Below, piece after piece: positions 8,153 through 15,255 of a stretch of DNA of 15,255 nt. A program made the translations under genes and the position numbers. This DNA comes from Arcobacter sp. (GTDB lineage Bacteria > Campylobacterota > Campylobacteria > Campylobacterales > Arcobacteraceae). The stretch spans positions 1-15,255 of the forward strand of contig CBFIGT010000056.1 of the NCBI GenBank assembly GCA_965662175.1, read 5' to 3'. Numbering within the stretch: the first letter of the stretch is position 1; each line of letters begins with the position of its first letter. Below the pieces are notes generated by a model. It was not told the DNA's origin and searched no databases. It saw nothing but the letters and a program-made list of their open reading frames with translations.

Positions 8153-8197
8153 AGTATAAAATAGAAGTGTTGTTGAAGTGTTGTTTTTGAAACAACA
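8153..8197 (-). promoter_or_regulatory. urtA promoter: -10 TATACT plus an 11-bp tandem direct repeat (OmpR/PhoB-type box)
   Basis: TATACT on the minus strand at 8153-8158. GAAGTGTTGTT occurs twice at 8164-8174 and 8175-8185, with an inverted copy AAACAACA at 8190-8197. Confidence 0.6.
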
Positions 8198-8207
8198 TAA
8201 GAAAGCT

Positions 8208-8228
8208 ACTGTATATTTTTTATACAGT
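8208..8228. promoter_or_regulatory. Perfect palindrome, candidate transcription-factor site
   Basis: ACTGTATA-TTTTT-TATACAGT in the urtA/MNT divergent intergenic region. Confidence 0.6.
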
Positions 8229-8268
8229 GATTCAGAGTTTAATTCCTTTTAAAATCTACAAAAATTTA

Positions 8269-8277
8269 TGATATAAT
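8269..8277 (+). promoter_or_regulatory. Extended -10 promoter giving a probably leaderless MNT transcript
   Basis: TG-A-TATAAT ends 7 nt before the ATG at 8285; no Shine-Dalgarno sequence. Confidence 0.65.
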
Positions 8278-8284
8278 CATTCTT

Positions 8285-8593
8285 ATGAAAAAAGAAGAAA
8301 TATTAAATAAACTAAAAGAACTAAAACCTATTTATAGTAAAGAAGGTTTCATAATTAAAGGACTTTTTGGTTCATACTCAAGAGATGAAGCCACATCAAG
8401 CAGTGATATAGATATTTTAATTGAATCAACTCCTGATTTTGCTTCAAAATATGGATTTAAAGCAATTAATAGAGTAAATGAGATAAAAGAAGAAATAAGC
8501 TCTATTTTTGGTGTACCTGTTGATTTAGCTGATAGTTCAGGAATGGGGAAAACTGGAAAAAAATTTATTATTGATAGAGCCATTTATGTCTAA
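8285..8593 (+). CDS. Minimal nucleotidyltransferase (MNT/MntA-like antitoxin)
   Basis: LFGSYSR...SDIDIL (GS-x10-DxD) and VDL motifs; 102 aa; paired with a HEPN gene. Confidence 0.9.
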   Translation: MKKEEILNKLKELKPIYSKEGFIIKGLFGSYSRDEATSSSDIDILIESTPDFASKYGFKAINRVNEIKEEISSIFGVPVDLADSSGMGKTGKKFIIDRAIYV

Positions 8594-8942
8594 AGAATCT
8601 ATTTCTAAGATATATTTAATTATTGAAAAAATTGAATATATAGAAGAAATTGTAAAGAATTGTGGAAATATTTCTACTGCCCTAGAAGATTTAGTAACAT
8701 CAAGACCTGCAATACTTATGCATCTAACTGCAATAGCAGAACAATTTAATAAATTAAAACAATCCCATGCCGATGATATTTTAAGTGAATTTAATAAAGA
8801 TGATTTAAAAGGTCTTTATGTCGTAAGAACTTATATTGCACATGATTATGAGGGTGTTAATATTCCTATTATAGAGTGGATAATCAGATTTGGCTTACCT
8901 AAATTCAAAACTCAATGTCTAAAAGTAATTCAAAGATACTAA
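8586..8942 (+). CDS. HEPN/DUF86 ribonuclease (HepT-like toxin)
   Basis: Intact RxxxxHxY motif (RTYIAHDY). Start placed at ATG 8586 (MSKESISK, 8-bp overlap with MNT) rather than 8571. Confidence 0.85.
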   Translation: MSKESISKIYLIIEKIEYIEEIVKNCGNISTALEDLVTSRPAILMHLTAIAEQFNKLKQSHADDILSEFNKDDLKGLYVVRTYIAHDYEGVNIPIIEWIIRFGLPKFKTQCLKVIQRY

Positions 8943-8947
8943 ACAAT

Positions 8948-11233
8948 TTACAAACTCATTAGCTCTTGATATTTAAACTCATCTAACATACTTTTTATAT
9001 ATAATTTAGATTTTTCAGAGAGATTATACTCTTCAACTAATAGTAAAATTTCTTTATTATCCATTTGTAATGCTTTTTGATTTAATTTCTTAAAAAACTC
9101 TTTTGGTAAAGAATTAAAATCTTCAAACTCTTTAACTAATTCATTTTGAGACTCTTTCTTTGAATACTTTAACTCTAAACTAAGATTTTTAGACAAAATC
9201 AATAAAAGCTCTTTTTCATCTATTGGTTTTGCTAAAAAATCATTTGCTCCACTTTTTATGGCACTTTGTTTATCTTCATTAAAAACATTTGCAGAAACAG
9301 CGATTATTGGGATTGGATTTGTTTTTTCAATTTTTCTTATTTGTTTTATAGTCTCCAAACCATCTATTCCACTCATTTTTATATCCATAAAAATCAAATC
9401 TAGTTCTTTGCTTTTAAATATCTCTAAAGCCTCAAAACCACTGCTAGCTTCTATTATTGTAAAGCCATATAGAGTTAAAACTTGAGTTAAAAGAGTTCTA
9501 TTTATCTCTATATCATCTACTACTAAAATAGTTTTTTGATTTTTAAACTTTTCTAATCCCACTATATCTTTTGATTTAGACTCCAATACCATTTCATCTT
9601 TTTTTGCATAATCATACTCTAAACTAAAATAAAACTCTGTACCCTTTTCAACTTGACTTTTTACATAAATAGAACCATTCATTAGTGTTACTAACTCTTT
9701 TGTGATAGACAAACCTAAACCTGTTCCATTTTTGTTATAGTTATCATGTTTAATCTGTTCAAAAGGCAAAAATATTTTTTTGAGATCCTCTTTTTTTATC
9801 CCTATTCCACTATCTTTTATCTCAAAAAAAAGCTTTTTATTATTTTCATATATATATAAAGAAATAACTCCACTATTTGTAAATTTCACACTATTACTAA
9901 GCAAATTTATTAAAATTTGTCTTAATCTTAATTCATCCATTTTCACAAAATCAGGAAGATTGTTTTCAAACTCTATTTTAAACTCTAAACCTTTTTCTTT
10001 ACATCTAAAAGCAAAAATAGAGTTAATATCTTCGATTAACTCTTTTAGCTGAAATACTTTTGGAATAATCTCAATCTTTCCTGCCTCAATTTTTGATAAT
10101 TCAAGTATCTCATTTATAATATTTAAAAGATGTTCTCCACTTCTTTTTATAATATTTAGGTTATTTTTCTCTTCATTTGTAGCATTCATTGATTTTTTTA
10201 GTATATTTGAAAATCCCAAAATTGCATTTAGTGGAGTTCTTAATTCATGGCTCATTCTTGCTAAAAATATAGATTTTGCTTTGTTTGCACTTTTTGCTTC
10301 TTCCATAGCAAGTTTGATTTGATGTTCACTTTCGATTAGTTTTTGAGTATTCTCTTTGAAAATATTAACAGCTCCAATCATATCACCAATTTCATCATCA
10401 TATCTATTCTTTTCAAGCTCCACACTCATATCATTTGAAGAGAGTCTAAGCATAGCAACTCTTAGTAAATCAATAGGATAAACAATTCTAAATAAAATGA
10501 TAAAAAAAGACATTAGGAAAAATATTACAGAAAACAAAACTATAACATTTACATAAAACTCCTGCTCTTTTACCATAGCTCTAGCTTCGTTCACTTTTTC
10601 TTGTGTTCTATTTTCAAATGCCTTATAAAAATCATCTAAAGGTTTCATAATCCTAATTTTTGCTTCATGATACTCATTACTATGCATAATCTCTCTAGCT
10701 AGTTTAAAATCAGGTTTTCCTTTTATTGTATAATTTCCCTCATTATCTTGAAAAATCCCCTTTACAGCACTCATTGCTTTATGCTCTAAATTTGTTAAAT
10801 CATCTGATTCATTTTGAGAAATAAATAGTAAATTTAACTCAGACTCTGGGAAATTTGCTCTTTTCATAAGCTCTCTTAGGGCAACTTTTTCACCATCAAA
10901 CTCTGGTTTTTTATCCCCTAAAGTATAAAAATCCCAAAAAATACCATTGTATCTTTTAGGTCTAGGTTTCACCCCATTTCTTATATCAAGAACTCTTTTA
11001 AACTGCTCTTCAAACATTGAATTTCCTGTTATCACATAAGTTCTAGCCATTCTTGTCAAATCATCACTACTTTGTCTTAATTCTTGGGCTAACCTTAGGG
11101 ATTTATATTGCATTTGATATGCATCTTCTAGTTTAATTGTTGAGTTTTGATATTTATTTATTACTATTGCTACACTTATAAAGGAAAATGTATTTAGAAT
11201 AAAAAGTAACATAAAGAGTTTTTTTAAGTTCAA
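8948..11233 (-). CDS. Membrane-bound hybrid sensor histidine kinase (TM-periplasmic sensor-TM-HAMP-HisKA-HATPase-REC)
   Basis: Two TM segments, HAMP (DEIGDM), H-box MSHELRTPLNAILG, N-box NLLSNSVKFT, DSGIGI, GTGLGL, and a receiver (VVDD, FMDIKM, KP). TTG start with GAGGA RBS. Confidence 0.93.
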   Translation of the reverse strand: MNLKKLFMLLFILNTFSFISVAIVINKYQNSTIKLEDAYQMQYKSLRLAQELRQSSDDLTRMARTYVITGNSMFEEQFKRVLDIRNGVKPRPKRYNGIFWDFYTLGDKKPEFDGEKVALRELMKRANFPESELNLLFISQNESDDLTNLEHKAMSAVKGIFQDNEGNYTIKGKPDFKLAREIMHSNEYHEAKIRIMKPLDDFYKAFENRTQEKVNEARAMVKEQEFYVNVIVLFSVIFFLMSFFIILFRIVYPIDLLRVAMLRLSSNDMSVELEKNRYDDEIGDMIGAVNIFKENTQKLIESEHQIKLAMEEAKSANKAKSIFLARMSHELRTPLNAILGFSNILKKSMNATNEEKNNLNIIKRSGEHLLNIINEILELSKIEAGKIEIIPKVFQLKELIEDINSIFAFRCKEKGLEFKIEFENNLPDFVKMDELRLRQILINLLSNSVKFTNSGVISLYIYENNKKLFFEIKDSGIGIKKEDLKKIFLPFEQIKHDNYNKNGTGLGLSITKELVTLMNGSIYVKSQVEKGTEFYFSLEYDYAKKDEMVLESKSKDIVGLEKFKNQKTILVVDDIEINRTLLTQVLTLYGFTIIEASSGFEALEIFKSKELDLIFMDIKMSGIDGLETIKQIRKIEKTNPIPIIAVSANVFNEDKQSAIKSGANDFLAKPIDEKELLLILSKNLSLELKYSKKESQNELVKEFEDFNSLPKEFFKKLNQKALQMDNKEILLLVEEYNLSEKSKLYIKSMLDEFKYQELMSL

Positions 11234-11307
11234 GCTGTCCTCATTTTAATTTTATATCTTTTATCTTATAATCTTAACCAAGTAAACAATAAAAAATGAG
11301 CAAGTAA

Positions 11308-12366
11308 ATGGATAAAAAATATACAATACTTATTATAGATGATAAGAGTGAAAATCTTCATTATTTAAACACTATTTTAAAAACTCAAAACTACAATATA
11401 AGAGCAACTACTGACCCATCTTTTGCCCTAAGCTCATCAAAAACCTATCCGCCTGATTTGATATTATTAGATATTAAAATGCCAAATATAGATGGCTTTG
11501 AAGTTTGTAAACTTTTTAAAAAAGATAAAAACTTAAAAGAGATTCCAATTATATTTATAAGTGCATTAGATGATATAGAGATAAAAGTAAAAGCTTTTGA
11601 ACAAGGTGGTGTTGATTATATTACTAAGCCATTTAAAAAAGAGGAAGTAATTGCAAGGGTTAAAACCCAACTAAAAATTTTTGAAAATAATCAAATGATT
11701 TTAAGCCTTTTAGAACAACAAGACTTTTTTCTAAAAAAAATAGTCCATGAGATGAATACTCCACTTTCGGTTATATCTTTAAATGTGGATAATTTAGAGA
11801 GACAAATAGGTCCAAAAGAGCAGTTTGAAGCTATAAAAGCCTCATCAAAATCTTTATCTTCTATCTATAATGACTTATATTACCTAACAAAAAAAGAGAT
11901 GATAAAAAAAGAGATAAAAGCAATAAATTTAGTTAATTTTTTATCCTCAAGAATTATATTTTTTGATGAAATTGCTAAAACAAAAAATATAATTATTGAT
12001 TTGGAAATAGAGTATGAATTTGAAATTTTAATGGATAATTATGAACTTGAAAGAGTGATTGATAATACAATCTCAAATGCCATAAAATACTCTTTTGAAA
12101 ATACACTCATAACAATATATTTAGGGAAAGAAAAAGAGAACTATATTATAGAAATAATTAATGAGGGAATAAAAATCAAAGATACAAAATCAATATTTGA
12201 AAAATATTATCAAGAGAAAAAGAAAAATATAGGTTTAGGACTTGGACTAAACATTGTTAAGTCAATTTGTGACAACTACAATATAGAGGTAGTTATCACA
12301 TCAAAGGATACAACTTCATTTAAATATATCTTTCCCACTAATCTAATAAATAAAGAGCTTTTATGA
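11308..12366 (+). CDS. Cytoplasmic hybrid response regulator/histidine kinase (REC-HisKA-HATPase)
   Basis: N-terminal receiver (IIDD, LLDIKMP, KPF), H-box HEMNTPL, N-box NTISNAIKYS, GLGLGL. Confidence 0.92.
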   Translation: MDKKYTILIIDDKSENLHYLNTILKTQNYNIRATTDPSFALSSSKTYPPDLILLDIKMPNIDGFEVCKLFKKDKNLKEIPIIFISALDDIEIKVKAFEQGGVDYITKPFKKEEVIARVKTQLKIFENNQMILSLLEQQDFFLKKIVHEMNTPLSVISLNVDNLERQIGPKEQFEAIKASSKSLSSIYNDLYYLTKKEMIKKEIKAINLVNFLSSRIIFFDEIAKTKNIIIDLEIEYEFEILMDNYELERVIDNTISNAIKYSFENTLITIYLGKEKENYIIEIINEGIKIKDTKSIFEKYYQEKKKNIGLGLGLNIVKSICDNYNIEVVITSKDTTSFKYIFPTNLINKELL

Positions 12367-13031
12367 AAATATTTTTACTAGAAGATGATTTTTCTTTAAA
12401 TAAAATAATAAAACTCTCATTGGAAAATAGAGGTTTTTTTATACAAAGTTGTAAAGATGGATATGAAGCTGCTACAAATATCATAAATAACAAATATGAT
12501 TTGTATATTTTAGATTTAAATGTTCCTGGATTTAATGGACATGAGCTTTTACAAACAATAAGAAAAGATAATTCAAAAACTCCAATTATAATAATAAGTG
12601 CCCAAATTGATATAGAAAATATAAAAAAATCATATGATTTTGGCTGTAATGATTATATAAAAAAACCTTTTGATTTTGAAGAACTTTTTCTAAGAATAAA
12701 ATATCACCTAAATCATATGAGTCAAAATAACAACTGTGAATTCACTATAGATTTAGGTTATGAGTATAAATTTGATTTAATAAATCAAAGCTTATATAAA
12801 CATAATCATGAAATCGAACTTACTATAAAAGAGAAACTTCTACTTTCACTTTTAGTTAAAAATATAAATAAAACAGTAAGTTTAGAGATGATTCATGAAT
12901 ATGTATGGGATAGCAAAGAGATGGAGTCGGTTAGCATGAGAAGTGTGGTTCACAAAGTAAGAAGCAAACTAAAAAATGGAATGATTTTAAATCTTAGAGG
13001 CGTAGGATATAAACTAATCTTATTAGATTAG
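12363..13031 (+). CDS. OmpR/PhoB-family response regulator
   Basis: LLEDD, LDLNVPG, KPF; winged-helix C-terminus LT.KE..LL...VW...RGVGY; ATGA overlap with the upstream gene. Confidence 0.93.
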   Translation: MKIFLLEDDFSLNKIIKLSLENRGFFIQSCKDGYEAATNIINNKYDLYILDLNVPGFNGHELLQTIRKDNSKTPIIIISAQIDIENIKKSYDFGCNDYIKKPFDFEELFLRIKYHLNHMSQNNNCEFTIDLGYEYKFDLINQSLYKHNHEIELTIKEKLLLSLLVKNINKTVSLEMIHEYVWDSKEMESVSMRSVVHKVRSKLKNGMILNLRGVGYKLILLD

Positions 13032-15255
13032 TTTATTAAATACTCCTCCTCAAACTCTAAAGCTGTTAAAGGATAAGAAAAATAGAATCCTTGACCATAA
13101 TCGCAGCCCATTTGGGTTAAGATGTCTTTTTGTTCCACATTTTCAATTCCCTCAGCAATTACTTTTATATCAAGTTTATGGGCCATTACTATCATAGCTT
13201 CACATAAAGCAACATCCTTTGAACCCTCATGCAAACCTGTTACAAAGCTTTTATCAATTTTAATATAATCAACATTGAATTTTTTTAAATATGATAAAGA
13301 TGAATATCCTGTTCCAAAATCATCAATTGAGATTTCAATACCTTCTTCGCCATATTTTATAAGTTTATTTCTTACATTATTTCCTGATTCCATAAGAAGA
13401 TTTTCAGTTATTTCAATACTAATCTCTTTTCCTGATAGACCTAATGTTTTCATAAAATCAATCCAGTTTTCGATATCAACATCAACTTTGAATTGAACAG
13501 GTGATTTATTTATACTTATTTGTAAATCTTTTTTATATCTTTTTTTCCACTCATAATTTTGATTCATGGTTTCTTTATAAACCCATTCACCAATTTTTAT
13601 AATTAGTCCTGATTTTTCAGCTAATGAAATAAACTCATCGGGAAAAACTAAACCATGATTTGGTTTATTCCATCTAATAAGTGCCTCAGCTTTTTCTACT
13701 TTTTTACTTTTTAAATCAATAATTGGCTGATAATAGATTTCAAACTGTTGTAAATCTAATGCATCATGTAAAGAGTTTATAATCTCTCTATTTTTTCTAG
13801 CTTGAATTTGCATCTCATTTAAATAGTAGTGAAATTGATTTTTTCCTAGCTTTTTAGACTCATACATAGCTTGGTCAGAGTGTTTTAAAAGTTCAACTGA
13901 ACTCTTACCATCTGTTGGATAAATGGTAATTCCAATACTTGCTGAAATATTAATTTGCTCTTCACCTATAAAAAAAGGATCTGAAACAGATTTTAATATA
14001 TTTGCTGCAATCTTTTCAATGGAAGACTCTTCTTCTGTGTCAGGAAGTAAAAGAGTAAACTCATCTCCACCAAATCTACTTAAAATATCACTCTCTCTTA
14101 TATGACTTAATATTCTTTTTGATGTCTCAATTAAAACCTTATCACCAACTTCATGTCCCAAAATATCATTTACATCTTTGAAATGGTCTAAATCAATAAA
14201 AAAGAGTGTGAATCCTCTTTTTGTTCTATTTGATTTATGAATCTCTTCATCCAATTGAATTTGAAATATTCTTCTATTATATAAACCAGTTAAAGAGTCA
14301 TAATTTGCTTGTATTAATATCTTTTCATCAGCTCTTTTTTTATCATCAATATCTGTAAACAATCCAACATAATGGTCAACAATACCCTCATCATCTGTTA
14401 TAGCATTTACATTTAAAATAGAAGAAAAAGTTTCTCCATTTTTTCTTTTATTATCAACTTCCCCACAAAAGTGACCTTTTTCTCTAATATCATTCCACAT
14501 TTTTTTATAGAACTCTTTAGAGTGAGTTTTTGAAGATAATATTTTAGGGTCTTTCCCTACAACATCCCAAAAATCATATCCTGTAATTTGTGTAAAAGCT
14601 GGATTGATATTAATAATTGTGTTGTATCTATCTGTTATACACATGGCTTGTGAGCTATTTTTATAAATTAAAGAGGCAACTTCCCTTTCAGTAATATCTG
14701 AGTTAGTTCCAACAATTCTTACTTTAGTATCATCTTTACTTACAACTTTTCCTCTACTTAAAAGCCAAGTCCAACCATGATTATTCTCTAATAGTCTAAA
14801 TTTACTTGCAAAAAATGGGCTATTTCCATTTATATGGGTTAAAAAATCATTTATTAGTTTCTCTATATCAGCTGGATATATCTCATAATTTGAGTAGTTT
14901 TTAATTATATTTTCATTAAAAATTTTGATTATTTCATCTTTGTTTATACCATCATTTAATTCATGATAATTAATTGTAATATCCCAAACATTTTCTAATC
15001 CACCCTCTAAAATTAATCGCCATCTCTCTTCGTTTAATTGCAAAGACTCTTCAGCTTTAACTCTTAGTGCTTTTTCTCTCATCAAATCTAAAGTTCTAGT
15101 TGAAAGGCTTTCATACATGTTAAGTACAGTATTAACAAGTACTTCCATTAAGCCCTTCATCTCTAAATCTGCATTTTTTTTAGACTCCTCGATAGAAAAA
15201 TCTTTTTGTAAAAATAGCACTACTTTTGCCATTCTTTTATCTGTATCTAAAATAT
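13028..15255 (-). CDS. PAS-PAS-GGDEF-EAL c-di-GMP enzyme, probably with an N-terminal hemerythrin domain (5' end outside window)
   Basis: The frame is open to the window edge (xAT-ILDTDKRMAKVV). Two PAS/PAC units, DSLTGLYNR, RESD I-site, intact GGDEF, EAL and DDFGTGYSS. Confidence 0.9.
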   Translation of the reverse strand, partial: ILDTDKRMAKVVLFLQKDFSIEESKKNADLEMKGLMEVLVNTVLNMYESLSTRTLDLMREKALRVKAEESLQLNEERWRLILEGGLENVWDITINYHELNDGINKDEIIKIFNENIIKNYSNYEIYPADIEKLINDFLTHINGNSPFFASKFRLLENNHGWTWLLSRGKVVSKDDTKVRIVGTNSDITEREVASLIYKNSSQAMCITDRYNTIININPAFTQITGYDFWDVVGKDPKILSSKTHSKEFYKKMWNDIREKGHFCGEVDNKRKNGETFSSILNVNAITDDEGIVDHYVGLFTDIDDKKRADEKILIQANYDSLTGLYNRRIFQIQLDEEIHKSNRTKRGFTLFFIDLDHFKDVNDILGHEVGDKVLIETSKRILSHIRESDILSRFGGDEFTLLLPDTEEESSIEKIAANILKSVSDPFFIGEEQINISASIGITIYPTDGKSSVELLKHSDQAMYESKKLGKNQFHYYLNEMQIQARKNREIINSLHDALDLQQFEIYYQPIIDLKSKKVEKAEALIRWNKPNHGLVFPDEFISLAEKSGLIIKIGEWVYKETMNQNYEWKKRYKKDLQISINKSPVQFKVDVDIENWIDFMKTLGLSGKEISIEITENLLMESGNNVRNKLIKYGEEGIEISIDDFGTGYSSLSYLKKFNVDYIKIDKSFVTGLHEGSKDVALCEAMIVMAHKLDIKVIAEGIENVEQKDILTQMGCDYGQGFYFSYPLTALEFEEEYLIN

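Noticed and set aside
8209..8227. Palindrome as a LexA SOS box or NtcA site
   Set aside because: Spacing is wrong: CTGT-N11-ACAG rather than N8, and GTA-N9-TAC rather than N8.
8332..8583. 83-aa minus-strand ORF
   Set aside because: Antisense shadow of the MNT gene.
9258..10052. Two short plus-strand ORFs (9258..9485 and 9780..10052)
   Set aside because: Antisense shadows of the sensor kinase.
11256..11308. Short repeats (ATCTT x3, CAAGTAAA x2) in the divergent kinase spacer
   Set aside because: Short and AT-rich; one copy touches the start codon; not distinguishable from chance.
13275..14105. Two short plus-strand ORFs (13275..13496 and 13923..14105)
   Set aside because: Antisense shadows of the GGDEF/EAL gene.
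1..15255. CRISPR array, tRNA/rRNA, integron attC array
   Set aside because: No regularly spaced repeats, cloverleaf or rRNA-like segments, integrase or attC-like sites seen by eye.

Overview
Very AT-rich bacterial DNA; the gene content and TGnTATAAT-type promoters suggest Campylobacterota, probably Arcobacteraceae (inference). Left to right: the 3' half and right end of an IS1380-family element; a RelE/ParE-type toxin-antitoxin pair whose toxin frame has no canonical start codon; ureD; a 372-bp urtE-ureD spacer; a complete urtABCDE urea ABC transporter on the minus strand; an MNT-HEPN (MntA/HepT-like) pair; a three-gene two-component cluster; and a PAS-PAS-GGDEF-EAL gene that runs off the right edge and probably starts with a hemerythrin domain. 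The most interesting unannotated structure is in the urtE-ureD spacer. It holds a 5'-truncated PemK/MazF-like toxin frame overlapped at its 3' end by a structured antisense RNA candidate with its own TTGACA-N17-TAGTAT promoter, and the block is bracketed by a 15/16-bp direct repeat containing the ureD start codon. A shared 17-bp palindrome lies upstream of both ureD and urtA, and a perfect 11-bp tandem repeat sits in the urtA promoter.
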